Shown here in pieces: positions 35,669 to 49,345 of a stretch of 64,000 nt of DNA. A program made the position numbers and the translations under genes. This DNA comes from Selaginella moellendorffii. Lineage: Eukaryota > Plantae > Lycopodiophyta. Position 1 is the first letter of the stretch, and every line of letters starts with the position of its first letter. The stretch spans positions 1,580,890 to 1,644,889 of the forward strand of contig NW_003314297.1 in the NCBI RefSeq assembly GCF_000143415.4, read 5' to 3'. The notes under the pieces are model-generated. The model searched no databases, was not told the DNA's origin, and saw only the letters and a program-made list of their open reading frames with translations.

Positions 35669-37609
35669 TTATTTGCCGAGGACGTCGGTGGGCAGCAGCA
35701 TGTCACTCTGCGCGTTGATGGATTTGATTGGCGGCAATCGTATCTTTTGGAGGTCGCCTTGATGCGCCAGCCCGGCCTTGGCTAGCACCATTTGGTTGAG
35801 GAGCATTGCCTCGTCCGACTTGAGAGAGGCTAGCACGTCCGCGGGCACCTCCTCCTCGGCGGAAACACCCAAAATTGTCCGCAGGAGCTTGTTCTCTTGC
35901 TTGAGGCTGGATATATCCTTTTGAAGTTGCAATATCACCTGGAAAAGAAGAATGAATGATCCATTTGTTTTCTGGGCCTGGCTAAAGCTCGGTACCTTGT
36001 CTTTCTCGTCCATATTCACAGTGGGTATGTTGATGATCTTCTTCGTGCACGTTGCGTAATGTAGCGTGCTTAGCGTCTCGTCGACCGCAGTCACTGCCGG
36101 AGAGATGCAAGCGATCATGAGAGCTAAGCTGTTGCCTCCCAAGCTCTCCATGAGCAGCTTGGTCAGCATGCTCTCCCTGGCGAGCACAACGAGCATTGTC
36201 ATGTCAGTCTCTTAACTTTGACAACAAGCACACACTGCTGGAAAACGCGAGGAGAGACCTGTAAGGAACGACATCGCCTTTCTTACCCTCCGCCAAGCAA
36301 GAAATCACCTGGCAATGTTGTTCAGGAGTTTGAACGAATGTGGGGATAGATATCGTTTACCTTCCCCAGAGTGAAAAGAGACCTGTTTATGCTCCCGGTT
36401 TCCTTGAGCATCTCTCCAGAGCTCTTGCTCTTTTTCAGGCGTTCGTTCCCGGCCAAATCCACAAACAATATCCTCCCCAGTTTCGTAACAGGCGGGCCAT
36501 CGTCCATATGGCACAGAGAATCGACATGAAGCGTCATGATACAGTGACTTCTGCTGCTGTCCTTGTTTAGATTGTGCGTTCCCATCTGCAAACAGCAATC
36601 TAACGTTAGACAGTTGAAAGAAACAAAGAAACTGGAAAGCCACCTTTCGGTTCTTGGCTCCTTCGTTAAGCACCGAAAACACGTCGTCCACGGATTCACA
36701 CTCGACAAGCAGCAAGCTCTCTACGTAGTATCCACTTTTTACGTTCCACTTGATCTCTCGCGGTGCTGATTCAAGTCGAAGCAGATCATTCACCTGTGGC
36801 TCAACAAGAGAATGCCTCAGCGACATGCGTGTTTAAGCAAAGAACCTGCTCGTTGTAAATCTCGTAGTAAGAAGCGCGCATCGTATACGACTTGGAAGCA
36901 TCCCGGTCGGCCTCCAGCTTGATCGCACTGAAGAGATACTTGACTGATCGGGCAATCAAGCCATCATCGCAGCCTACTTCTACTCCACCCTGTGCACGTA
37001 TAAAATACGCAACAAGAAGAGACGAGAGCTCTTACCTCGCTGCAAAGTGATCAAACTCAATGTCAAGGTGGTGGTTTCCTGACCTCTTGTCGACCGCACA
37101 TTGTGTACGTCTTGCCGGATCCGGTTTGGCCGCAAGCCATGACAGTGGACGTGTAGCCTTCCATGACGGACTCGAGCATTCTTTGCAGTCCACAACGCTC
37201 CATAACTTGGTCTTGCAACACCTCGGGCCCAAGGCAGCCATCGAACTAATAGACAAAGAGGATTCTTGAGGCGGGGCACAAAACAACGAGAATAGTTCTT
37301 GCCTGGAAGGTTCTTATTGTCGTCGTGTTGCCATAGCCTTGATCCACAACCTATGTTGAGTAGGAGTATGAGACACCAAGTACAAAACGTTTCATTCGAT
37401 CCTACTCTGATCTGTCTATCCTCCACGACCTCAGCGACAATCTTATCCCTCCTCCCATCCTCAGCTTTGGACGGCGGCCGGACCCGGACGAAAACCTCGA
37501 TGTTCTTCGCTTTTGCTGCCAGATTTTCGGAAAGATTTCAAAAGCCGTGGAAGCCCGCGCGATCGCGCGAGCCGCATTGCTTACCAGATCCGCCAGTGCC
37601 TGGTGACAT
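35669..37609 (-). CDS. N-terminal motor kinesin with short coiled-coil tail, KIF12/kinesin-16-like
   Basis: NIEVFVRVRPP, P-loop AYGQTGSGKTYTM, ASYYEIYNEQVNDLL, LNKDSSRSH, FVDLAGNER, LGGNSLALMIACISP. Confidence 0.85.
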
Positions 37610-37815
37610 CGCCGCGAGAGTGCGCGATGGCGCTCTGTTACATGGTAACCCTGTTTGTGCTCTTCTCCGTTAAGCGTTTCCTTGCTTTCGTCTGACAGCT
37701 AGCAAACGAGACGGCTTTCGCACACGCCCCCAGTTTCGCAAAATAAAAACAGTTGTTGCGGGGGGCGGGAGATTAAAGCCACAATTACAACTAATTAATA
37801 GCCTTAGCTACTCTA

Positions 37816-40384
37816 CTATCTTGGACCCGAGAGTTCCACCGCGTGTAGATTATCCGTGGAGTCGACAATCCACTCGGAGTTTCCATGCGACACGAGCTCG
37901 ACTTCCTGGCTTCGGACAACTTCCACCTTTTGCCATTCTTCCCATCTCTCCGCCAGGCCGTCGCCTTCGAGCATTCTTACGACCTCGGCCATCTTGGGCC
38001 TGTCCATTGGAGAGCCTTGTGTGCATAGAAGTGCCACCTGAATGAGCTGCTCGACTTCCATGGGATCGTACTCGTTTTTCAAGTCGGGATCCACTAAAAG
38101 GTCCACCTTTCGCTCTCTTAGCAGTCCTTTCACCTGAAGCGAGTTGAGACCAAAGCATGACTTAATCGCAAGAAAGACACACTGGTGAGATACGTACCCA
38201 GTCGAGAAGCATCACGTCGTCATCGTTGGCGAGGCGAGCGAGATCAAACGCTCGTTGTCCAGTGATGAGTTCCAGTAACATGATCCCGAAACCAAACACG
38301 TCCGTTTTCTCTGACGACTTCCCCGTGGATAAGTACTCGGGAGCGATATGGCCGATCGTGCCTCGGACTGCTGTTGTGACGTGCGTGTCTTTGTAGTCCA
38401 TGAGCTTGGCCAGGCCAAAGTCCCCCACCACAGCTTCGTATTCCTCATCCAGCAAGATGTTTGCTGCTTTGACGTCGCGATGGATAATTTTGGGATCACA
38501 GTGGTCGTGAAGATATGACAAACCACGCGCCGCACCTAGAGCTATGCATTTTCTCGTTGGCCAGTCCAGTGGTGTATCTCCCGGAAGTCTCTCTGCAACG
38601 CTTTCAGCGTTATAGTCCATGACACAAGAATGACCACCATTTGCATACCTCGTAACCGGGAAGCAACGCTTCCGTTGGGCATGTATGGATAAACAAGAAG
38701 TCTTTCCGTTGGTGTCATGCAAAAACCACGCAAACGGAGAAGATTTCTGTGTACAGCCATACTTATCATCTCGACTTCAGTCTGGAACTGCAACTCACCA
38801 CCTGGACTTCGTTCTTCCTTCAATCTTTTAACAGCTACCAGAGATCCATCTGCCAGCCTGCCTTTGTACACTTTTCCAAACCCACCCCGACCAAGGATGT
38901 TCCGGTTGTTGAAGTTATCTGTCGCGACCTGAAGTTCTCGGAGTGAGAATCTCTTCAACTGACCAAGGTGAACTTCGGGATCCTCTTCAGCTGTCACAGA
39001 AGTCGTTAGCAGGTTCAGCACGAGTATGGCCAGCTCTTACCTGGGACATCGAAGTAGGCCTCGTGCGGTCTGCGACGTTTCCACCACGCAAAAGCGATAG
39101 CTGGAGTTGCAAAAAGCAAGGCAGCGCTGGCAGCCACACCTCCAGCAATGGCACCGGTGCTCGAGGATCCCCCATTATTTCCTGAAGCCATTCAGACTGT
39201 TTGAAACACCCGACTCTCCAGCCAATTAACACCTTACCATTTTGATTGCCAACAAAAGGTGAGGGTGGCTGGTAGGGAGTCGGAGGTGGCAATGGGGGCC
39301 CTCCTGGACATTGACGGCTGACAACAGCACCACACAATGCCGGATTACCTCCAAAACTGTACGATAACGAGTTATGAGGAGAGACAGCCAAAAAGAATGT
39401 CCGCCAAAAGTACCTTATCGGCGTGAACAGCGAAAAGGAGCCATTAGTTGGAACTGGACCTGACAAATTGTTATTCGAGAGATCCCTGCAAGGACAAGAG
39501 GGAGAAGTGACACACCTCCCCCCAGACAACTCAGAGAACAACTTACAGCACTTGAAGCCCCGGGATTGTGGTGAGTGAGTTGGGGATCTTGCCGTCGAGC
39601 GTATTATTATTTAGTCGGCTGGAAAGAGGTAAAGAAGGGTTGAAGCGAAACGAAGGGAAACGATAGATTACTTACAGGAACCTCAGATTATGAAGTTTAC
39701 CGAGTGAGTCAGGTATATCGCCAGTGAAGCTGTTTTGGTACAAATCAAGGCTGACGAGCTCAGTCAAGTTGCCCAGCTCCTTTGGGATTGGCCCAGTGAT
39801 GTTGTTGCTGTACAACTCCCTGTTAAAGGAAACAATGGAAAAGGGGGGGTCCTAGTTAGCTCCACCATAGAGAATAGGAGGAATTAGATTTACTTACAAG
39901 TACTGTAAATTTTCGAGATTGCCAAGAGCTGCTACCAAACGCCCTGAGAGAAATGCATTTCCCAAGTCTCTGCCAAAGGAGTGTAGAGGTAAAGAAGAAG
40001 CATACAAAGAAGGAAAGCGAGCGGCTTACACTCTTATAACGTTGTCTTGGGTGTTGCAAGTTACGTGAAACCAGGTACAAGGATTGACCAGTGTGGGATC
40101 CCAGCTTTGCAAGACGTTGCTAGGATCATCCAGCGCCTGCCGAAATACATGAAGGGCATCGCCTAGCCAGCCAAAACACCACACAAGTCAGTGCCCGCGC
40201 TCTCACGATTGCAATGACATGCGATTCGAGTTCCATCTGACAATCCAGACAGAGCCTGACACCACGCTGACCGATAATCTGGAGCTGGGGAGCCTTGCTT
40301 ACCCTCCGAGTTGCCCGTGGCTGACGAGACGAAGATCCCAGCGGCGACGAACAACAAGAGCCACGGCCGCATCGCTTGCTCCAT
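37816..40384 (-). CDS. SERK: SERK-family LRR-II receptor kinase (BAK1/SERK1-like)
   Basis: [17 protein letters not shown], short LRR array, SPP motif [43 protein letters not shown]-terminal HAVELSGPR. Confidence 0.97.
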
Positions 40385-40826
40385 CGCCAATGCTGGGACG
40401 CTACAAGGATCTTGCTCCAGATACCATCGCCTCCTCGCAATGCCGGCACCTAAACCTAGAGCGACGTTATAGAAAATGAAGGAGGAGAGAGCTTCTCTGG
40501 GCCGCCTAGGTAGACCAAAGCCGCATTTTGGCTCACAGGGGAAAAATGTGGTCCCAATGTGTACTTTACGGCCATATACATATATAAATATAAGGGCCAC
40601 TTCCGTACCTGGGTTTTCTTCCGGTAGGAGGCTCAGCTACCACGCGCAGCGATCCGCCTGGCCTGGATGGAGATCTGTGCGAGCGATTCATCCCTGGCGC
40701 CTGGCGTGTAAGTGATTAGGTTGTCTAGATCTGGCACCGGGGCGCGCTCACGCGATCTGAAGCAGGCGATGGTGATCTCCCTCCAGCAATTGATCGATCT
40801 TGTGATTGGCGAGTTGGAGCTTAGCC

Positions 40827-43800
40827 ATGGCAGATGCAGCTGGGGCGTTTGTGACACGCGCATTCGAGCGCTTGGCGAAGGAATCTCAAGGCAAAAAGTA
40901 TACAGCGCTCCAGAATGCCCTCAAAGAATATCTAGGTCAGTCAGCATTGCATGAATTTCGATCCAACAGCGAGTTTCTGGTGCTTTCAGATAGAGGCCAG
41001 TTCTCAGGATCCACAGATGGACCAAAAGCGTAAGCCTTCCATTTCTTTCATCTCCTAGGAAACTCTTCCCGCATTTGCGTTGGATAGTCCTCCTCCTCAG
41101 CAGGATGCCGAGAGTGAGCCTGGCACACCCAAGTCCACGGAGAGTCCTACTGCTGCTAGCAGTGTTACTTCTCCTAAAAGACGAACCAGCAGTCAGGTGG
41201 CCGCGGCAACCATGGCGGAGGCTGGCGGTACGTTGGAAGTTTCCGAGGCCGACCTCATTCTACTCCCTCTGCGCCTGGCAATCGAAACCAAGCAGCCCAA
41301 GCTGGTGGAAACGGCCTTGGATTGCCTTCATGTACGTGCCGCAGTGTGAGATCTTCCTGTCTTTCTACTAAGTCTCATGTTTTGCGCAGAAACTTATCTC
41401 CTTTGGGCATCTCGAAGGTGAGGCTGGAACCGAGGGTGGCAAAAATGGTGCTATGCTGACGGAAGTCTTGAACAAAGTCTGTTCATGCATCGACAATTCA
41501 GCGACGGATAGGTGACCATTTCTCTTTTGTGCTGCCAAGTGAGTGTACCTGACTTTTGCTTCTACACTAGCACCGTTTTGCAAGTGATAAAAGTACTGTT
41601 AACAGCTGTTGCCTCGTCGAAATTTCAAGGTAAGATTCTTTTAATTTTCTTGCGTTACCTGAAAAGGTTCCTTTTATGCAGTTCACGGAGAGTGCCTGCT
41701 GAGCTCTATCCGGACGTGCTACTCTATCGTGCTGAACAGGTATCTGTTTTAGCTAATTTTCACCTAACTTACTCTTGTCTGAAATATGTTCAGTAAAAGC
41801 TCCGTGAACCAGGCTACAGCCAAGGCCACGCTGACGCAAATGATCAACATTGTCTTTAAGAGAATGGAATTAGAGAATGGGGTTCGTGTTCTTGTTTATG
41901 TTCTTGACTTACACACACATTATAAGCAGCCGGCGGAACATGTTTTATCTCAACAGAAAAACATTCCTGATGTCAGACAGGCTACTGAGCACTATCGCAG
42001 ACACGAGGCTGAAAATTCAAGTCCTACAAGCTCACAGGCTTCTGTGAGTGTGGAGGAACTTCAGCACTTGGCTGGGGATGCCGATATAAAGGTTTTTTTT
42101 TTTGTTCCGTATTTTCTCTCTTTTCTCTCATATAAGATTTTTATATGATGCTTAGGGCCTTGAAGCGGCGCTAGACAAGGCAATTCTGTCTGAAGGTGGA
42201 GCGGTTTCCAATGAGTATGTGTCGCATTATCTTTATCTGGTACTTAAAATTTGTTTTGCCAGGGGTATCGATTTGAATAGCCTAAATGTAGGCCAACGGG
42301 AGGCCCTTATGGTTTTCAGAACTCTTTGCAAGGTAGGCAGTCTGATAAGCACTTTTTTTTTTAATTTGAAGTTTTTTTTTATAGATGTCAATGAAAGACG
42401 GGGCAGATGACATGGTGACAAGAACGAAGATATTGTCTCTCGAATTAATACAGGTGCTTTTTCAAATGAGAACGAATAACTTCTTACTTAATTGAGCAGG
42501 GCCTCCTGGAGAGCGTTAGCCCTTCATTCACAGTGAATTTTGCCTTTATAGATTCTATCAAGGCTTACCTGTCCTATGCACTTCTTCGAGCTTGTGTCTC
42601 CTCCAACACAACAATTTTTCAGGTGAGCATTCTTTATTTAAATAGATGCCTGCCAACATTCGCTCGGCTGCAGAATTCTTGCGGGATCTTTATGGTCTTG
42701 CTTTTGCGTTTTAGAGAAAGCCTGAAGGTAAAAGACTGGTGGTAATATCAAGCGGGTATTTACATCGTATGACAGGCGGAAGTCGGGGTGTTTTTCTCGT
42801 TAATAGTGTTGCGGCCTCTAGACAGCGTTGACACGCCACTTCAACAAAGATTGTCCGTTTTGAAGTAAGGCGGGTCATACCTCTGTTCAGCCTAACTGAT
42901 GCTGGTGTGTAGAATGTTGGAGAAGGTGTGTACCGATTCACAAATGCTAGCCGATACATTTGTTAATTACGATTGCGATCTAGAAGCCACAAATCTTTTT
43001 GAACGCATGGTAAGCCTCATTTGATGTTTTCTCCCCTATCGTAATTGTTCCTTAGGTGAGCTCGCTTTCAAAAATGGCACAAGGTACAGTTAGTGCAGAT
43101 CCTGCCCTTGCGCAAAATACAGCTTTGAAAGGATCATCGCTACAGGTAATTTCTATAGTTTCCACTCATCAAAGCTGATATATTGTCGCATTTTGCAGTG
43201 CTTGGTCAATGTGGTTAAGTCATTAGTGAATTGGACTAAATCGCATGATGATGCCAAGAAAAGATATCTATCTGATCATCAGTCTGGAAAAGAAGGATTG
43301 CACGCATCAACACAAGCGGCTGATATTAAAAAGGCTAAGGCTCAAAAATCGACAATGGAAGCTGCCATAGCAGAGGTTGGTTGTTCGATCATGGAATGAA
43401 CTTTACGCTTTTTATTTACAGTTTAATCGTAATGCGGCCAAAGGCATTGAGTACCTTGTCACAAACAAGCTTGTTCAACGCGATCCAGGTGCAATCGCAC
43501 AGTTTTTAAAAACGATGTCGGGTCTAGACAAGGTACATTTTGAAACTAATCTGGCATGTCTCAACTCGTTTCTTTCAGACTATGATTGGCGATTATTTGG
43601 GTCAGCACGAGGAATTCCAGGTGTCTGTCATGCATGCGTATGTTGATAGCACACAACTACAGAACATGAAGTTTGACCAAGCCATTCGGGAGTTTTTGAG
43701 GAGTTTTCGATTGCCTGGCGAAGCTCAAAAGATTGATCGTATAATGGAGAAATTTGCCGAAAGGTACGATTTGTCAATGCCCGTGTGCATGCTTCAAACT

Positions 43801-46800
43801 AGAGTGTTCCAGGTACTGCCGTTGCAACCCGGGGCTCTTCAAATCTGCCGACACAGCTTATGTTCTGGCATACGCAGTTATTATGCTCAACACGGATGCC
43901 CATAATCCTATGGTCTGGCCAAAAATGTCCAAAGACGATTTTGTTCGCCTCAACACAGAGAGTGATGCCGAGGAGCACCCACCTGTCGACCTTCTCCAGG
44001 AGCTATACGATTCTATTGTGAAAGAGGAGATCAAAATGAAAGATGCCGATCCAACGAAGAAAGACAACGCGGAAGAAAAAGGGCGTCTTGTTAGTGTCTT
44101 GAACCTTGGAGTTTCGAAAAAGAAAACTGCTGCAGAAGCCAAGCGTGAAAGTGAGGAAATTATTCGAAGAACTCAGGCATTGTTTAAGCGGGCTGACACG
44201 AAGAAGGGAACATTTCACAAGGCAACTCACGGGGAGCTTGCCCGGCCTATGCTTGAAGCTGTCGGATGGCCTCTACTTGCAGCTTTCTCGGTCACGATGG
44301 AAGATAACGAGAATAAGCCTCGGGTCCAACCTTGCATGGAAGGATTCCGTTCTGGTATTCATCTGACGAAGCTTCTTGGGATGGACACTCTCAGATACGC
44401 TTTCCTAACATCTTTAATACGGTACGCTTATGAGCTTCGAGGGTGTTTACTAATTGTTTTCCATGCAGCTTTACGTTTCTTCATGCTCCAAAAGATATGC
44501 GAATGAAAAATGTGGAGGCATTGAAGACGTTGCTTGGAATAGCTGAGACCGAACCGAATTGTCTACAAGATACATGGAACGCCGTTTTAGAATGTGTGTC
44601 GAGGCTCGAGCACATAACGTCGTCGCCTTCAATCTTGCCGACCCTGATGCACGGGGCAAACCAGATCTCGAAAGACGCTCTCGCTCAGGCGCTCATAGAC
44701 CTTACTGGAAAACCGACTGAGCAGGTCTTTGTTAACAGCGTGAAGCTCCCCAGCGACGTGGTTGTGGAATTTTTCACAGCCTTATGCGGAGTTTCCGTCG
44801 AAGAAATGAAGCAGGTACCTCCCCGGGTTTACAGCCTTCAAAAGCTTGTGGAAATCAGCTACTACAATATGGCCCGTATCAGAATGGTAAGTTGAACTTT
44901 TATCTTTATCAGAAGCTCATGACCGTCTCTCAGGTTTGGGCCAAAATATGGTCCGTATTATCACAGCATTTTGTAGCTGCTGGCAGTCACCACGATGAAA
45001 AAATCGCCATGTATGCGATTGATTCACTACGTCAGTTGGGAATGAAATACTTTGAACGGAAAGAGCTGGCCAACTTTTCCTTTCAGAACGACATATTGAA
45101 GCCATTTGTCGTTCTTATGCGCACTAACAAAAGTACCGTGGTGCGGGGTCTTATTGTGGACTGCATTGTGCAGGTAATGTTTCTTTCTCACTGGAGATCG
45201 GTTTACATCTAGCTTCATGCTCTTCCAGATAATCAAATCTAAAGTTGGAAGCATAAAGTCCGGCTGGAAAAGCGTGTTTATGGTATTCACAACAGCTGCA
45301 TATGACGATACGGAAGCAATCGCTGATTTAGCATTTGAGAATGTCGAGCAAGGTAGGCGGGTTCTTCACATTTTCTCACCACCTCTAGCCGGTTTGTTCC
45401 GCAGTTGTGCTTGAGAATTTTGATCAAGTCGCAGGAGACTGCTTTATGGATTGCGTCAACTGTCTTATGGCTTTTGCGAACAACAAAACTAGCTCTCGAA
45501 TAAGCTTGAAAGCAATAGCACTTTTACGTATATGCGAAGATCGCCTTGCCGAGGTAAACTTTCTGACCTTCCTGGATGTTGTGACTAATGTGCTTGATCT
45601 ACAGGGACGGCTACCAGGAATCAATTCGAAGGCTGTTGAAACAGTTGGCAAGGGAGCCGATGTGGACGTCTCTGAATACTATTGGTTTCCTATGCTAGCT
45701 GGGCTTTCCGACCTCACTTCCGACCCACGGATTGAAGTCAGAAACTGCGCTTTAGAAGTCCTGTTCGATCTTTTAAAGGAACGTGGACATCAGTTTTCAA
45801 CGTCGTTCTGGGACAGCGTATTTCACCGTGTGCTGTTTCCAATATTTGATTATGTGCGTCATGCTGGAAAAGACGGCGACCGGCAGGCATCAGCAGAGCA
45901 GTGGCTTCGAGAGACATGCATCCATTCTCTCCAGCTCCTTTGCGATCTATTCAGTAGCTTCTACAAGGTATAGCTATAGGCTTCTATCTGCTCGAGAGAA
46001 TTATATTGACTGCTGGTCTTGCAGGAAGTCTCGTTTCTTTTGCCGTCGTTGTTGGCATTGCTTCTGGATTGCGTCACACGGCCAGATCAAGCTCTTGCCG
46101 GCATTGCTGTTGGTGCTCTAGTCCGTCTCACGGAGATTGGAGGTCATCAATTCGCTGAAAAAGACTGGGCAACTCTTCTAGACAGTATAAGGTAGGTCAG
46201 CTATTCCATATACCATCGGTTTATATGTCGGTTTGTGTAGAGACGCGTGCTATACTACTCAGCCGGTGGAGCTCCTGAGTCCAGACGGTCTTGATGTTCG
46301 AAGGTCGGGGAGTTTGACAGGTCAGAGGACAGACAACTTGCCCCTGGGAGCTCCAGCTGAGTGGGACGTAGAAAGCCAGGATAGCCACCAGAGTGGTCAG
46401 GTCTCTGGTGATAGCAATGGTGAGCCAGTGAAACAAAGTGGAAGGTCGAGTTTCGATAGCAGAGCTGACGGTGATCCTCATGAAACACCGTCTCATGCAG
46501 AGGCGGAAGGTGGAACCTGCGTACAATGCGCGTGCTGAACTAATCTGCGGTATTATTGCAGGATTTACTCCTACGCCGCCAGCTTCTGAGGAAGGAAAAG
46601 GAGGCCTCTTCGGGGGCCATACGTTAGGCCGAAGACTGGTTGGCAATATGGTGGACGCATTTTTGAAGAAGAACTTAACTTTCAAAGGCAGATCCCGATC
46701 GACTGATAGTCCAAGTCCTCCTCGTGTCCAGGTATGTGGTTATCCCGTTTGTGGTGTGACTCTACTTTCTCGTTGCAGCCGAGTGACGCGGAGGAAACTA

Positions 46801-47660
46801 GTCTCGCTAGTATCGAGGACGCGGCGCTACAGCTTCCGATCGTTAGAAGCAAGTGCTTGACGCAGTTGCTATTGCTGAGAGCTCTTGAAAGCATGCAGGT
46901 AAGCTTCATCTTGGGAGTTTTTGGCCCCGTGTAAACCAAGTATCTATCTAACACAGGCAAAGCACTGGAGTCTACTAAGCACGTCGAACAAAATCCAGAT
47001 TATGGATACATTGTTGTCAGTGGTGGACTTTGCGGCGACTTACAACTCAGATGCTAACCTTCGCATTCGTATCCAGCAGTTTTCCGGCGAAATGTAAGCC
47101 TTCATCTTATCATGAAAGGCTTGACGTGGAAACTTGGGTTGATTACAGGCCGCCTCCAACGCTTCTCCGACAGGAAGTTGAAGGAACACGGATATACCTG
47201 ACGCTGCTCAACCAAGCTGTGTTGTCTCCAGCGGATGGAAATCTTAAAGAGGAGGCAGAGCGGCGTCTCGTAACCTTTTATTCCCATATACTGAAAGAAG
47301 CGGTGGCTTTGATCCCGGCTCCCGGGGAGCCTATCCAAGCTGAGGCTCACTACTCTCTCAGCTTGCGCTCTTCAGTGGTCGTCAAGGTTCGCAGGATCGC
47401 AACGCTAGTCGCATACTAAACGTTTCGTCAAAATCTTACAGGTGCTCAACTCGTTGTCCGAGATGGAAGGCGAAATGTTCAAGAGACATCTCTCGGAGTT
47501 CTACCCATACTTCACAAAGCTTATCTGCAGTAATCAAGTAAGTCTTATTTTTTAAGTGGCAGTCTACCTTACTCATGATACTATCCTTTAGATGGATGTG
47601 AGAAAAGCGCTGGGAGAGCTTTTCAAGCTTCGCCTGGTGTCTTTGCTGCCTTCATCATGA
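40827..47660 (+). CDS. BIG5: Brefeldin A-inhibited ARF-GEF BIG5/MIN7-like (DCB-HUS-Sec7-HDS), many short introns
   Basis: [33 protein letters not shown], Sec7 [39 protein letters not shown]-terminal [16 protein letters not shown]. Confidence 0.95.
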
Positions 47661-47845
47661 ACGAACGACTTTGGCAACGGGCCCCGTTTTTTTGAGTGCT
47701 TGCACTTTCTGGAGAAGCTGATTGCTGCAGCAGCCTGCACCAAGGAGACACTCTTATTGTAAACTAGTGTAAGCATCGGTTTTTCCTTCTGTTATTCTCA
47801 GCAGTCAGCAATTGTCTACAATGTTGCAATTCTTTTATGAAGATG

Positions 47846-48849
47846 TTAGAGCTCTTCTCGTTCCGTGCTTCAGTAGCAAAAAGTATAAGAAACAAACACG
47901 GAAACTGGTTAGCTTACTTGCAATCTCTGGAGATGTTGTTGCACAAAACTGTGTTAACAGAACCCGCCACCATTTCGCCACTCCTTATCGTCGAGGCTAG
48001 CTGCAAAACGAAAGAAAAGTGTAAGTGTGGATGAGCAGGAAAGCGTAGCTCCAAACCTCGTCTTCATGCTTTTCAAGCAGCCTGTTTTTTCACACGAACG
48101 ACTTCTTTAGTCCTGAGAGCGACGTAGTCACGATATGTATGGACCTTACCTGCCACAATAAACCGCAATCTCCTTGGAGTGTACTTCAGCTTCTCGCTTT
48201 TCTAGAGAATGAACAGAGTGAGCATCACTTTCTCAAGCAGAACTTCACGCATACCATCCTCGTTCCTGTTGCCACTGTTGCTAAGTTTGATCCACTCGCC
48301 AGTCGCCTGCATTGCATCGAAAATTCAGCCCAAAGACGAATCCAGCTCTTGTGTAAGCTAAGCCCACCTTGTCAAGGGTGTAGTCTTTCACTCTAGAGCA
48401 AACGCCTTCCAGGAGCTCCAACACTCTAAGCTCGCTAAGCCTGAGAGAATTCATCCAGATATCATCACATACAAGGCCGAGACAGAGCAAGCAATGCTTC
48501 GTTTCATAACACTCTTACTTGTATTGGATTACTCGTCCCTGTCGCTGCCCCTTCGAATCCAGTCTGTGCCGCAAGTCGATATCGTTCCTCGGCCTTTCCT
48601 GGAGAAGTTCTGTCAGCAATCGCAAGATCATACGGAAAATTTTTACTCACTAACGTTTGCAAGAGCCAGCTCCAGCTCCACCTGCGGGAACGAGAGAGCA
48701 TCAATCACGCAAAACCACGCGTAGATCTGGTAAAATCTTACCGCGACGGCTTTGCAAGCGGCGCATTTGTGATGGATAGCTTCGATCAGCATTGGAAGAA
48801 CGAGCAGGATCCCGACTAGAGGAAGAAGGCGATAGATCGCCGCCGCCAT
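47846..48849 (-). CDS. Canopy/Seele-like saposin-B ER protein (DUF3456)
   Basis: Signal peptide, KCAACKAVAVEL, EKPRNDIDLRHRLDSKGQRQG, SELRVLELLEGVC, LLEKHEDE, ends ...TEREEL* (ER-retention-like). Confidence 0.88.
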
Positions 48850-48940
48850 GGCGCTCTACTTGACGACCCGCGTGCCCTAAAGATAAAACTAGACGTAACA
48901 TGGTTTTATTTTGTTGCTCGTAGCGGGGCTTCTGTGCGCC

Positions 48941-49305
48941 ATGCGCTTTGGATTGGAGCATCTACTGCCACTGCTGCTGCCGCTGCCTCTCCTCTGGATC
49001 CACCAAGCTCTGGCCTCCAATGCCGAAGGTACGCTTGCGTGGCCCCGCGATTTCTCTTCCTTGGGGAGCAATCAGGCTAAACGTTTTGTCAGGAAATGCG
49101 CTCGCGGAGCTCAAGAGCAAGCTGTGGGATCCCAAGAATGCGTTGAGATCTTGGGATGCAAACCTCGTCAATCCTTGCAGCTGGCTCTATGTCGACTGCG
49201 ATAGCCAGCAGCGTGTCATCACAGTGTATGAGATTTGCATTGGTTGCTCGTCGCTCGCTGGAGACATTCTCTCTATCCTTGGTTTCTTGGTAGAATAGAA
49301 CATTG

Positions 49306-49345
<40 letters not shown>

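Noticed and set aside
31006-37609. NPK1 next to a kinesin as a NACK-PQR pathway cluster
   Set aside because: The kinesin is short and lacks the long kinesin-7/NACK tail with the NPK1-binding region
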